Shown here: piece by piece, positions 15,731-33,787 of the stretch
Position numbering within the stretch: the stretch's first letter is position 1
Layout of the letters: each line of letters begins with the position of its first letter
Notes under the pieces: generated by a model
Database searches by the model: none
Seen by the model: only the letters and a program-made list of their open reading frames with translations
Told to the model about the DNA's origin: nothing
Made by a program: the position numbers and the translations under genes
Assembly (NCBI RefSeq): GCF_009914755.1
Contig: NC_060947.1
DNA: 64,000 nt
Strand: one strand, 5' to 3'
From: the human T2T-CHM13v2.0 reference genome, Homo sapiens

Positions 15731-15885
15731 TGTTATGGGATAATTTAGGAATTAGAGAGACTGAGGGGTTGAGGAGGATTTATTGTTTAGGTGTATTGGC
15801 CTAGTTGCATTAATATTTAAAGGACTGGGTTTTGAATAAAGAGTTGTTATTTTTTAAGTATTTTGTGGGGCGGGGGAAGATTTGT
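15731..15885 (-). mobile_element. Short LTR 3'-end fragment, strongly C-depleted on the + strand
   Basis: The minus strand reads GC box, TATA-like cttaaaa, AATAAA, terminal ...AACA; family not assigned. Confidence 0.55.
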
Positions 15886-16000
15886 AATAATATAGTATCT
15901 GACTGTTAACAGTGGTATCAAAAGAAAAACACAGAACCATGTGAAAAATACTGGTCCAGGCATGTTACTGCCTACATTCTTATAGAAAGACTTATTTAGC

Positions 16001-16438
<438 letters not shown>

Positions 16439-16653
16439 TTAACAATAATTGAAAAATGTTTTTGACCTTAGAATACTATGCTACTTGCAAATTAACCTAT
16501 TTTAAGAGATTGAACAAGTAAAGATATTTGCACTACAGAATGAACGAACTGTATTTAAGAGATTTGTATTCCAGCTCCAGATTAAATTCAAACCATGCTT
16601 ACATGGGTTTTGACTATAAGGAGGTTTTATACCTTTTTTAAGAGTGCACTTGA

Positions 16654-16963
<310 letters not shown>

Positions 16964-17253
16964 GAGTGCACTTAATTAAAGACCACAAAGACAGAAATAA
17001 TGCGCAGGTGCAACAGGAGAAAACATTTGTAACATGTTCTTGCCAATATTGACTTTGTTGGACTTCATCTAATTTAGACCAGAAGAATGATTTATCTATG
17101 AGAACACCAAAACTATTATTGAAAATTTTAGAAAGCCCTTGCCCAAATTGACAAATTAAATTAGAAGATAACTTTTCAGATCATGCTTAACTTGAAACTT
17201 ATCAGAAGCATTACTTTTTTTTTTTTTTTTTGTAACTAGTCAAAGTAACATAC

Positions 17254-17371
17254 CTCCCTGAAATGTGTGACAAATATAATCCCCAAAAGAAATCTCTTTC
17301 CATGGTCCGGACCTTCTGATACGTTCTGAAACTTCACAATTCTTCTCATTTTCCCCAGTTAATTGAAGCAT
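17254..17371 (-). CDS. ASB11: ASB11 alternative first coding exon (MLQLTGENEKNCEVSERIRRSGPWKEISFGDYICHTFQG), hydrophilic N-terminus
   Basis: Not in the ORF track. ATG at 17369-17371, 39 codons + G, donor gtatgt at 17248-17253; phase 1 joins exon 2 (G|AT=Asp); matches my recollection of the short ASB11 isoform. Confidence 0.88.
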
Positions 17372-18309
17372 TCTGATGCTTCGTCCTTGGAGGTCTTATT
17401 TCTTTAGATAAGACTGCTGTTGTCTAGTGTCTTCTGAGTTGTCTAGTGTATTGGAATCACATAAGACTATTTTGAAAGAGAATCCTGGATGCAAATTGAA
17501 ATGGATACTAGATAAAGAATGATGTAATCCTGGAACCCCTGCAAACACTAAAAATACACGGGGAAATTCTGAACTCTGTTTATGAATAAATACTCCTCTA
17601 TTAAGTGACAATCCCAGGAGTGACAGGGATATCTGACTCATTTACTTTTGTAGCATCTCACCACAATTAAAGTAAATCATTTCTTGAAAGAAATGGACAC
17701 TATTCTCTACAAAGCATGAGAATTTAAAATGTTTTGCCCAAATCTTGGCATTTCATGTTAGAATAAACTTTGTTTGGAGTGCTTTGCATGCTACCATATA
17801 AAATGGGTTTAGTGAAGAGCTTTTCCTGACAGTGACAAGTGGTTAATCAATTCCAGTTGCAAATGACAGCAAAAAAAATACACATAGCTTGCCACGTTTG
17901 CTGCTTTAATTATAATTTATTAGTCATTCTATTTCCTGAGAGAATTTAGTCTGGTTAGAATGCCCTTCATTGTTAAAGTTTGCTTTAAAATATTAAAGAA
18001 AATAATTATATACAAGTAATTACTTTGGCTAGTAGAAATGAAGTTTCTCAAAATACTCTTAGTAAGCCACTACCTATTTACTTCTTAAATAACAACTGCT
18101 ACAAGATCTACGAACTTGCAAAAAATAAAGCTGAAAATCCTCCACAAATTGATGCAGCCAACAGCATTTGCTACTTTAAGTGACAATTTTTCAAACTACC
18201 CACTTAAAATCAAAGTATAAATATAATCTGCCTTCCAGAAATACTAGTCATATGAATTATCTAGGAGGGATTTTCTTTAAATATTAGGAACAAATTCATG
18301 TACTTTTAC

Positions 18310-18490
18310 CTGAAATTCCACCATAGATCTCTTCTGCTATCCTAGCCGCTTCTTTTCTATTTCCTTTGACGATATAGAAATGGGTTAGGAGAGCCAAAAA
18401 AACTTTAATTAAAAGCTTAAAGAAAAAAAACGTAGCAAACATTGTAATAAAAATGTTTTTAAAGCCATAGAAAACAGGACCATCTTCCAT
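18310..18490 (-). CDS. ASB11: ASB11 first coding exon (MEDGPVFYGFKNIFITMFATFFFFKLLIKVFLALLTHFYIVKGNRKEAARIAEEIYGGIS), hydrophobic membrane-anchor N-terminus
   Basis: 181 nt = 60 codons + G; donor gtaaaa at 18304-18309; phase 1 joins exon 2. Confidence 0.95.
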
Positions 18491-19008
18491 TTTGGCTTAT
18501 GCTCTGTATAGGGTCCTAGGACTGTAAAATTTCACTGAGTTATAATTGGTATCATATGACATCTATTTTAAACCTTCTAGCACTCAGTGCTCCTGTTACC
18601 GAGAACTCTGTAGGTTCTAATCTAACTGATTTGGCGACTGCATGTGCTGACTCCACAGCAGTGTTAAATAAACTAAAGAAACTTCCTTCTAACCAGAAAC
18701 ATCCAATAGTTCTAGAACTACATAACTCAGTACTATCTAACAGATAAGATTCATATCCAAACATTTTATATTCCTAAACCCCTATTTTTCCTATTTTATG
18801 TTAGAAAGCAGGGTTGGAAAGATAGAAACTTCTTGGCTTCCACAGAAACAAAGCAAGTTATTTGACATACAAAAGAAGTGCAAATATGCTGTATGTTCTA
18901 AGTGGGAAATACTACTCCCTGGAGCATTTCATTTTCTCTTAATTCTGAAGTTTATAGAGGATTAAATCCAAATCTAAAATATGACCAGTTAAAAAAGACC
19001 ATTTACCT

Positions 19009-19742
<734 letters not shown>

Positions 19743-20488
19743 TAGTTCCATCTGGGACAAGGTCCCATGGCAAGGTTCCCTCCTGATCATTCACTTGCAT
19801 TTCAAGCATTGGTAAAGGTGGTGCCCATTTCTGAAAAATGTGGGCTATCCTTGATCATGGAAGAGTCATAGTGAAATGGACAAAAGAGATGCCCTAGGTT
19901 CTGGATGAAGTACCCAAATATTTCATGAATCAACCTTCTCTAGTTGGGCAATTTTCTCTTATCAGCTGGCCAACACAAGTGAAATGGGTTTATTTTTAGT
20001 TTTCCTCATCACTCTAGGTCTCTGCCTTCATTCTTGGCTATGTTCGATTTTGTAAATTTTAAAAATCAATTGAAAAGACAAGCCAAAATATAGTTATACA
20101 AGTGGCCTAATAAATCTTAACAAATGATTTATGCAAAAATATGGGAATTTCTCCTAGCATGCAGGCAAATTAGAATGACTGCCTGGTTAAGAACTGTTTC
20201 ACTACATTAAAAAGCTGACATGTAAGAATACAATCTTGAGTCACAACATACAGCTCATCGATTTCAGTGTATCAGAGCACTATAAAGACCTTGAGTCGTC
20301 TTAACTCTCAAGGAACAGACATTAACATAAGATTTACTTTACTGAGCTTATATTACCTGGTAGAATGCCAGTGTATGAAAATACATGAATACAACTCTTT
20401 TAGTCCTTTTCATTTATCTTTCTTCAATTATACTCTAAGTAGGCAATCATTTAGTCATGTCAGACCAGTGATGTACATTGTTCTATAA

Positions 20489-20926
<438 letters not shown>

Positions 20927-21039
20927 AAGACCATCTTTACTATATTTGAACATTACATTTGTGATGGGCATAAAAGGCTACTGATACATAAGGACAGTTG
21001 ATTCATGCTATCTTTCACAGATGAAATCATCAACAGCAC

Positions 21040-21251
21040 CAAGGTTTCTCAGCCTCAGCACTATTGACATTTTGGGACAGATACATGTGTTGTGGGGGAT
21101 GGCCCAGAGCATCGCGGAATGCTTAGCAGCAACCCTGACCTCTACTCACTTGATGCCAATGCCCCACCCCACCTAGTAGTAACAACCAGACATTGCCAGA
21201 TGTCCCCTGGGAAACAAAACTGTCCCCCCAAGCCCTAGTTGAGAACCACTG
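21040..21251 (+). mobile_element. MER20 hAT element
   Basis: tttctcagcct...cactattgacattttggg...gttgagaaccactg. Confidence 0.8.
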
Positions 21252-21574
21252 AGCCATACCCAAATAGAAATGATAAAGGATAAAAATCAGTTCCCCCAAG
21301 TACTAAAGGCTACAAATCAAATTCTACATAGAACTTTTTCATAATTTTATATTAAAAAATCCAGCCACAGGATGATACAATTCAACATCTAGCCACATCC
21401 ATTTGGGAATGCAGAGATGGATAAAGAGGCTTTAAAATTACTTCACAAAAGTAAACACAGACCTATACTACCCTGACTTTGCCAAAAATAAGTTTTGGCA
21501 TAAGATAAATCAAAACATAAACATAGGTGACTGCTTTCCACTGCTTCCCACAAAAGGAGTGGGAGAAACTAAAT

Positions 21575-22004
<430 letters not shown>

Positions 22005-22344
22005 AAAGTAGAAAGCATAATTATGTAGCTCACATACACAGTATAGTTTGTAGATATTTTCCTTGTCTCACGTGATAATGCTAGGGCAATGAAAAACAAG
22101 GGCTTATTTGGGTAAGGAAACAAAGGCACAATTGAACTCGCTATTCCATGAGTGAGAGAGAGAAGATATTCTAGAAACAAAAAATGACAGAGTAATTCAT
22201 CGCCCAAAGGGTATTTCTTGTTTTACTAATAGACCAAGCAACACATCCAAATTGCACTGAAAAAGAATGTGTCGGGGGCAGGGATAGCCTGTTCCACTAG
22301 TAAATAATAGTCTGTTCATAAAATAAGACAAACTCAGAAAATTA

Positions 22345-24391
22345 TCAAAATGTCATTCTGGTCTTTATTTTTGGACATGTAGCATGTTTTAACAAATCAG
22401 TTTTTCATAGGCAACCTTTTGAAACATCAAAAGAAATACAATATATTTTTCACAAATTTCTCATCACTGTAAATTCACTTTAAAATCAACTAAGTAGCAG
22501 GGTAGAGCAATGTGTTTCCATATACCGACCAGTGCAAACTGACAGTTACAATTAAGGTATCCAGAAAGGTTGAAAATTAAGATTTACGTGAAACAAATTT
22601 ACTTCCATTTGTTAAAAAAAAGAAAAATAATAATTTGCAAATCACATGTTTTACAGGCAAAGGCAACTAACTTTAGATCTTATTTCCATCTCAAATAAAT
22701 GACAGTTTAAGAATTAAATGACAATTTAAAAAAATTAAGCAAAAATATAAGGAAAAAATGGTGGCATGCCTCTAAAACCTGTTGAATAGAATAATGGCCA
22801 AATATTACAGTTTCTCACTTTCCTATGAATACTGGCACTGTTTATTTCATGTTTATATGTGAGTTTCTATGCATAAAAATCCCAGTAAGACTGAATAGTT
22901 TAAAGATCAGTCCATTTTTCTCCAACAAAACCCCTAACTTCTAGATTTTAAAAATTGCACTCTTGCTTTTGCATTTTAGTACAAACAAAACACAAATATA
23001 TTTCTTTTATATCAGTGCAACCAGTTAATAGGCATGTTATTTTTTAAAAAGTAATAAATTTTGTGAATGTTGTCATTTTTAAAAATCCTATACAGAATCA
23101 CAACACTGTCAGAATCTATGTAGTGCACCCACAAGTGCCTTATTGTTTTGAATTCACAGTCCTTTTCTCACAAAAACCTTAAGAGTTCAAAGAATTCATA
23201 ATACACACCATGTGGATAATTTGGGGTTAAAAAACCCATGGCTCTGGGCAACAACAATGACAGTTAATAACATCCACCCACAAAGACTGTTTCTAAAATT
23301 TTCAACTTAGTTTGCTATAAATAAACCATTCTGAAGTAAAGCCTTTTGCACACTGACAATACTTATCAGACATCAGCGAGGCCACAGTGAAGGGGAGTGA
23401 CTTACATTAAAAGGACAGGGTAGCAGCTGGTTTTGGGATGGCACACCTCGTACATTCTGCTCAGAAAACACGAAGGCATTTATAGAAAACTCAATTATGC
23501 ACTGAAAAATGTGGAGGGTTTCTCTGCACTATCAACAGTGATATCGGTCCCCAGTATTTAAAAAGCAAAAAATACCTTCACAAACACAACTGAAGATGGA
23601 GGCTCTACCTAGGAGAATGCATACAACAGGAACAAAGTACTAGTAGTGTGTCGGTGATTTTTTTCCTGGCATTAACTGGCATGAGCATTTTTGGCATGTT
23701 GGATATTGATCTCATATCAACCACAATTATGATGAAGTAAGCCATTTGAATGGTAAACAAAGAGTGAATGCACCCCTGGTCCTTAATGGCGGGAAGCATC
23801 TAGTTCAACATTCTACACAGAGCAGGGGTTCAAAATGTGCTGGTAACTGATGGACTATCTTACTCAAGGAACCTGTTAATTACATGTAACACCTACTGAG
23901 TGAACCTAATAAATGTTCAAAGACATGATTTAGATTCCTAATAAATGTATATGAACATGATATAAAACAGTTCATATAATTGTTGTAGTTCCCCTAAAGA
24001 AAACTTGTAAACATCTGGTGAGTGTCTAATGGTGTTACATTAAAAACTGGCCAAAAAATGCCCAGAAAACGTTTGGCCCTTCAGCACCCAAAGCTCTCAA
24101 AATATAATGTTAAAACATCTCTGCTACAGGGATTTCAGTAGTCTGAAAAATTGCATACCTGAGTGGCTTAAATGTTCTCTCCTAAATTTTAAATAAGTGC
24201 AAGAAGTTTCTACACTCAGGAATTGCATACATTTTTATCTTTCCTCAACAGAAAATATTGAATGATATAGAGGTAGCATAACTTACTAAATTAACTCTAA
24301 AAAAACAAAAACCCCCCAAAAGCAAGGTTATTTTCCATAGTCTTTATAGAACTATTACAAATGTTTAAAATCTTACAATCTAGGCTTCCTT
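22345..24391 (-). other. PIGA: PIGA 3' UTR (about 2 kb); 3' end approximate
   Basis: AT-rich, repeat-free stretch from the TAG stop to a canonical AATAAA. Confidence 0.85.
22364..22369 (-). terminator. PIGA polyadenylation signal AATAAA (a second, proximal AATAAA lies at 22841-22846)
   Basis: tttatt on the + strand; T/GT-rich sequence downstream on the minus strand. Confidence 0.8.
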
Positions 24392-24856
<465 letters not shown>

Positions 24857-27550
24857 TTATTGGGTACTTATTCTGGGCAAGACACCGGGCTAGAGGCTGT
24901 GTGATACAAAGAATAAGCCACAGTTCCTCTCCCCTAGGGAGTCACCATCAATTTTAGCCAACTACTAGAATTCCAAAGTCCCGCAAAGTCTGAACAGCTT
25001 TTGGGGTCACCACTGTAGGGTCAATATTTAATTCAGCAGTGACTTCAGCAGTACTGAAGCAGGATTTGCCTTTGAAGATTCCTTGACTAAGCTGAGATGC
25101 TCTCACCGGCATCTGGCAGACATCAACCACAAGCAGAGAGCTACAATCTAGCATACTTCTGGGAACACAGAGCCTCCTCTTTCAACAGCCACATGAGGCT
25201 GTACATGTTGCTGAGCATGGATGGTGAGGACATGCAGAAGCATTTCATGGATTTCAAATAAAAGAAGATAAAGAGATGGGGGAAATTTCAGTAGATAGTA
25301 TAGGTCAAATGCTGGCAAATGAAATAACGTTTTTTGCTGAGCAAGTAGGTGGCTTGCTTTTTAAAACACTGCTAAGTACTAAGCTCTAAAATATCAAAAA
25401 ACGAAGATCTTTAAACATACTTGTTCAGAACACATCAAATGGGCCAACATTCATATTTTGTAATTTGAGTATTACTTGTGCTTAGTCTCATATATTAGAC
25501 CTTTAAACCGTCTCCTTTTGAACTCAAGGAAGTTATAACATGCAGTGCATGTTGTACAGGTCAACAGCCCTTGAAAGGTACGGCATGTTTTCATCGAGCT
25601 CTTTTACCCTGAGGACATTCTGAATACAAACATTTTAATCAGAATTATGTTGAGAATTATGCTGAGACTGGTGAATTGCAATTGAAGAAGTATGTTTACA
25701 GCATGAACTCCAAATTAATTTCATGATCGATTTCCTAAATAGCACAGTTAAACTAAGAAGGAGGAGTTGAAATGAATTAAAATGTCATAGGGTTAAAAGA
25801 GTAACTACAAACTGACTTTTTTGTCCAGCTTTATTTCAGGTCAATTAATCTACTTATAGTTTTAAGTGATAAAATAACAATTTACTATTATGAAGAGAAT
25901 GTTAGCGATGACAATCCATTATAGGCAAGGATTTACTTTTTTCTAAAAGTGTATTATAAATCACCATAGAATTAAAAAAAATACAGATGCTGTACTATTA
26001 CTTTAACCAAAAGAAAAATGTGGTTACCAAAAAAATCCCAATTAGCCCCTTTACTATATGCTGACAAACCGTCACCACAGTTCTTTCCCTGTTAACTTAT
26101 TACCTACAGTGGCTCAGGCTTCTGGGGTTTATACGATGTCAATGAAGAAGGTCAAGTCACAACTTAACAGTGCCATGGTTCTCAAAGGGAGTGGAGATCA
26201 GGATGGTATCATCAAAATAACCTGTCTGACCAAATATCCCTGCCAATTATACCCCCAATTCTATCTCTGCTCCTAAAGGATAACACTGGAATCTAGGGAG
26301 TGGTTGGGGAGGCAGGGGGACATCAAGATGGAGTAGAGAGAGTCTGAAAAGGCTGCCCGGGGACTCTGACATGTACTCCCAACAGGTAAGCACTAGACTC
26401 CAACTTTCCATGTTTCATATGGGAGAGATAGTACAAGACTTGTAGAAGGTCAGAATGTCTCAAAATGCTTCAGTCAAAAATGTTTGACTGTCGCAAACAT
26501 CTCATGTTTCAATGGAAAATGTATAAGACAATTTTTAGAGATAAGTTTTTAGAACTTCCATTCACATATGAGTTCATCTTATATACTGGAATTCATCATT
26601 CAAACCAAGTAAGAAAGCCTTACAGTAAAGAGCTATTCTCCTCAGCTCCAACTTGCTATCTACTCTAGGCTAAAAACTCATTGCTCCACTGAATATCACG
26701 TTGGTAGCATTACTCTAAACTACTACCTTCTCCATGTTCCACCTGGTTATCTTTCTGGTTCACAATTTCTACATACTAAGAAGCTGAGTTGTTTCTGTTC
26801 AGCTTGTTACATGGTAATAAGAGGCATGAGGCAGAGAACATCATGAAAAGGACGTAAAGGATGAAACTGAGAATGAAAGCAGTCCCTAATTCAAATTCAG
26901 GAAGCATTTCCCACAACTGTAATCTCCTACCTAAGGGTGTTAATCTATTTCCTATACCTGTCCTTTTGGAAATTCTCTGTTGCTGCTTTTTATTTGTGAT
27001 TTTTCCCACGTTTGTCACGTACATTTTGAATTCTAACTTACTATGTTCTCAATCAGCCCAAAGATGCAAAAATCCTTTTCCTGGAGAAAATCACAGTAGT
27101 TAGCAAAAGGGCTACAAGAGGTTTAGGAAGTAGCCTGAATTAAATATTCACAAGTTATAAAGTTGCTGCAATCAGCAAAACCATGCATTTCCTAATAGAG
27201 ATGTTTGCTTTAGAATTATCAACAGCTTCAAGAAAATATCTAAGAGTAGATTTAATACTCGTCTTGTCTCTACTCATTGTGACTTTTAGAAAATTTTGTA
27301 ACTTCTTTATGCCCAGTTTAATGAGGGGGCTAGACTGTATTACTGCTATTTTCAAATGTCAAACGCAATAATTTGACCAGACACTTAGCCCGGTGTGTGT
27401 ACCAAAATCTGTTTCTTTTCACCTGGAAGAGATTTCATCAACTTAAGCAATAGAACAAAAATGGTAAACATCTATGTAAGAAAAAGCAAATGTGTACGTG
27501 AAACATCAAGTAAGAGTTCAGACACAATCTTTTCTCAGCATGTGACATAC

Positions 27551-27757
27551 CTTTTCAGTTCTTTCTGCAACATTCCTCCAGGTGTAGAAAGTCTTTACTA
27601 TGTTATGGATGTTTTCTGGAGCTGGCAATGTCCCTGACTTCAGTTGGAAAATAGCCTTTTCCAATCCTTCACACAAAGATTTTACTGAAGGCTCACATAA
27701 AATAATAAGGTTTTCTGGAAGCACCTCAGGAATTCCACCAACTCTGGTACTTACAAC
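27551..27757 (-). CDS. PIGA: PIGA exon 5 ([14 protein letters not shown]...AERTEK)
   Basis: 207 nt, AG at 27758-27759, donor gtatgt; GT4 family motif. Confidence 0.98.
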
Positions 27758-27860
27758 CTTAAAAAGAAAGAAAGAACACATACTCCACCATAATCATACC
27801 TCAGGAAGATCAACAAAACCAGTTAAAACATTATTATGGAATGTGTCTCATTATTTTTCA

Positions 27861-28046
<186 letters not shown>

Positions 28047-28795
28047 TTAAATGAGAGGGGAAGAAAGGAGTGAAAACTCATGCTACAAAAGAAATTTAAT
28101 TTATAAACCAAGTCTGCTATTTATATTACACTTAAATTCTTATTGCTGCTAATGTTCTCCACCTCAAGATTAGTATCACCAAACACTGATCTAATAGAAA
28201 CAGCCTTATAAAGCAGTTGGGTTAAAACTCATACAGCGAACATTATTTCTAACTTTTGTTACACATATCAAACTTTATCTTCTCCAAAACTAGTCTGTAT
28301 GTAATAATATTAATAAACTTTGATAATTTAATGTTAAAGTGCCATTTGTAAACAGGAAAATGGCCTTTTTATTAAAATTGATGCTTTACACGTACAAGCC
28401 TTGTGTTGTGTAAGTTACTGAGGAAGAGACTTGTCCAAATCTGTATGTGCAGAGCAATTTACATGATTTGAGCCCTATTACTTAAATCACTACACAGTAT
28501 GGCCTGGAAATCTGCAAACGCTTCCAGTTAAAGCAGCTGTTTTTTGTGCCTTTCATGGTGCCTCCAACAATGGCCCCCCAAAGTCAAATAATATTGGGCT
28601 AATGGAAAAAATAGTGAATTAACTAGGTTTCCTATTTATATAAAAATTTTGAAAACAGTCCTTGCATTAGATTTATATCAATTATATGTATATCAATTAC
28701 ATGCAGGAGAAGCAACACACCTAAGGTACGCATGCAGTTAAAACCAAATAGAGATAATTGACATCTTCTCCCTCAAGACAACATGAAATTCATCA

Positions 28796-28969
<174 letters not shown>

Positions 28970-29854
28970 TTAAACTTAAAAAAATTCACCAGAACGACTG
29001 AGAATCCACTTATTTTGAAAAGTATTAGCTATGCACTCCATAAAGGAGAGAAACTCTCTTAAACCTTTTCCAGGAGTGGAATTGTTTGCAAACTGGCAGT
29101 GGTCCCCCAAGAGTTACAATTCTTGAAGACGTAGACCTTGACATGCATTACCTTCCACACACCCAAAATATGGACTATTCTGTTTCATCTCAACAGACTA
29201 TTCTTTAAGTTATTCACTTGTGTTTATACATTGCGTACTTCTAAAAAAGGTATATTTAAGGTGGCTAAGGTTTGAGTTCGTTTTCTCCAGAGCAGGCAGC
29301 TGATTGGAGATCTGGGTCTTTTCCCAGCTTTTTTAACCAGCAAGCCCATTGATCGTGGGGAAGTTTCAAGATCTATAAAATAAAGATACCTATGTACCTA
29401 AAGTCTCTTTCAGCTATAAAATTCTATCAGTCTGTGATCCCACTTACTGCCACAGGAAAAGGCTAAGCAACGAAATCTAACTGCTGCCTCCACTTTGTTT
29501 AAAATGTGGCTGGTACAGAGAATTTTGCAGTGAACACTACATTATCGCAAAATTTAAGTTCAAACCAGCTATAGCCCACTTTCCTGGAATGAGGGTAAAT
29601 GAAGGCAGCAGGGCATCAACTGTTAGATCACTACAGTCCATAGAACAAAAGGATGCATCTTGGCTCCTTTTTTCTCCAAAATGATTTTCTTATAATATAT
29701 AAACACAATCTCAGGTAATAGAAAACAATAAAGTAAATTATGCCCTATTAGTCTGAAAAAGTGAGTGGCTATCCAAAGTCCCAACAATGTCAACACTATT
29801 TAAGAATCTAGTTCATTAACAATTACAAAACGTACATATTCAAAAGTAAGAGTA

Positions 29855-30248
<394 letters not shown>

Positions 30249-32609
30249 TTAATCTTCCACCCCAAATAGGCAGATCAGTTATAAAATAGATGATATTTTA
30301 TATCAGATATAAAATAGGAGAAATGACATATATATTATAGGGTCATTTTTATTAAATAATACAAAGTAGAATTCATTAAGTAAACTCTGCTAGTACTTTC
30401 AAACTGTTATTGTATGTATCAAAAATTCCCACGCAGCTTTTCTGAATATGAAGGCTTCTCATTAAAATCATAGCTATCTTTGTTTCATGTCTACTAACAA
30501 ATCACTCAATTGGATTTCTAGATAAACCAGAAGGTAGTTTAATGACTTTTAACATTTAGTCTCCTACAATTCCTTCAATCCATTTTCTTCCTCACCCTTT
30601 TCTTTCTCGTACAAGGTTAAGAGCCCATTCTTCAAACAAACAAAAAACAACATAGAGCAATAGTCATAAATGATAATAGCTAACAGTAACAGAGTGCTTG
30701 CTATGACAGGCAATATACTTTAAATTCATTATGTCATTTAATCCTGACAAGTATCTCATAAGAAATGGAACTGATTACTATTACCAATGATCTATATTCT
30801 TATTCTAAGAATAAGGGCTTTTCCCCACCACTATAAAAAAATTTATTCTGGAGCCTCTAAGAAGGGTATAATGCAATGGAACCTAGAGACTTTCGACTGC
30901 CATGTGAACACAAAACAGACAATGAAAATCTCTGATCCAAACTGCTTTTAAAGCTCAGTCTAACAATATTTTTAAGAACCTTCTGATCTACACCTAGGAT
31001 ATGAGTGGCTGGGCATGGGTGGAGGAAGAGGAGAACTTAGCTCCAGAAAAGCTGAACTCGTGTGTCATCTCTGTTACTTACTGTGTAACCTGGGTGAGTT
31101 ACTTACCCTCTCTGAGACTCAATTTCATGTAGATAACATCTACCCTACAGTTGTTGGGAGGGTCAAATGAGGTATTGTACCACGAACAGGCTTTATCAAC
31201 TGCAGAATACAAATGTAGGTTGTCATTACCACTACAGAAGGAAGCAGGTGAGCGTGCCTACACATGCAGAGTGCTGGTAAATCCTGACTGAGAGCAAAAC
31301 AGGCTTGGAAGAGGAGGCTCAGGAAAAAGACATCCAAAAAGCCTGGATAAGGAAAACTTTGATTTATCCTCTCTCTCACTTAAGACATTCCAGTGGGACT
31401 TTGATATCTGGTCCAATAAACTCCTGAGGAAATTAATTTGTTAATAAGGAATGGACCATTAATACAACTACTCACTTTTGGGCTACAGGCATGGCTGTTC
31501 CTTTTCAGAATGTTACTTTCTGCAGGGTGCCTGGCATCTGGAGAGGGTTCGATAAATAACTGTTCAATTACTGAATTGAGTACAGGAAAGGCCATACCAT
31601 CACTCCATTGGTGGTTAGCTCAGCTAGTTAAAATACCACATTAGGGAAGTAAAGGTAACAGGTTTAATCTTTGCATGGGTAGTTAATTTTGCTGATCCTT
31701 GATCACACTTGTGTCATACTCTTTCTCAGCTAGCCATCTCAAGAAGATATGCTATTTGGTTAAAAAATAAATTAGGTACAATTCCTAAGTTACAAAAAAA
31801 CACATCACTAATGTCCCAGGAGGAATTCAGAATACAGAATGCCAGTCGGTTCACATGTTCCTGATTAAAGAATGAAAGCATGTCATTGCCTTCAAACCAG
31901 AAAATGAAGTTCAGGCCAAGTTTCCTTGCCAACCTCCACTTAAATGGACTGCTGGGTCAATCAAGATTCTCCATTCCAAACGTAAACTGACCAAGGCCCA
32001 CATCTAGATTTTAGGCCACTCCCTAGCACACTGGCACACCACTGAATTCAGTGCTTGTCAAGAATCAATTGTTTGTTCACACATCTGTTTGATGTCAGTT
32101 GTACTTGTTATCGTCGTGTTGAGTAATTTAATTATCATATAAACTGACAAAAAGAGTATCCACAAAAACTAAGCTGAACAGTTTGAAAAATCCAATAAAG
32201 GAATGTCACAGAAAAAAGTTCTTGGCAGATGAGGGGTGTCCTAAACTACTGTATAAAATTGAAAACAAATTAAAACTCCTGAAGCATATCAGTTCATACG
32301 CCTTTAAGTTCTGACCCCACCCAAAAGAAACTCAAAGTAGCAATGGTAGATTATGTTTTATGAAGGAGGGTGTGCAAGATGCAGCTGAAACCAGTGGCCC
32401 AGCACTCAAAGCCTGCAATCCTACATCAAACTACGGGCAACTCAGTGTGTATTAATATTTTGAGTTTAATTCAAATATTAACTATTTAAGGGGGTATGTA
32501 TTTATGTATTTTTTTTAATGATTCCCTACTATAAATGACACTTTTGATTAGTGGACAGGTTTTCAAATAGCACTCAGAAGACACTGTTTTTTATAACCAG
32601 ACTGTGTCA

Positions 32610-33035
<426 letters not shown>

Positions 33036-33431
33036 TTATAGGAACTATCACTGAACCCTTGCGAGGTTCCCAATGTTGCTTACATTACACAAATGAAAAA
33101 ACTGAGACTTAGAGATGTTAAGCTACTTGTCCTCGATCACACAGCAGGACAGACCCATCATCTGATCCCAGGACATCTAATCCCCTTTTCTTCATCACTT
33201 ACCTGCCAATATGTTACTAATGTCTTATACATGATGAAATGAAACAAGCAAGCTACAATACAGTAACGTGCAGAGCAAGCCCACTGATTTTCAGTATATG
33301 TACGTACACATAAAAAAGACAGGAAAGCTATAAATCAAAATACTCATTAGGGTATCTCTGAATAATACAGTTACAGCTGATTTTAGTTTTCATCTTTGTG
33401 CTTTTCTTAGTTTCCAAAATATCTGCAATGA

Positions 33432-33787
<356 letters not shown>

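Noticed and set aside
24954-25154. Possible cryptic exon or ORF in PIGA intron 5
   Set aside because: No convincing acceptor/donor pair or homology seen
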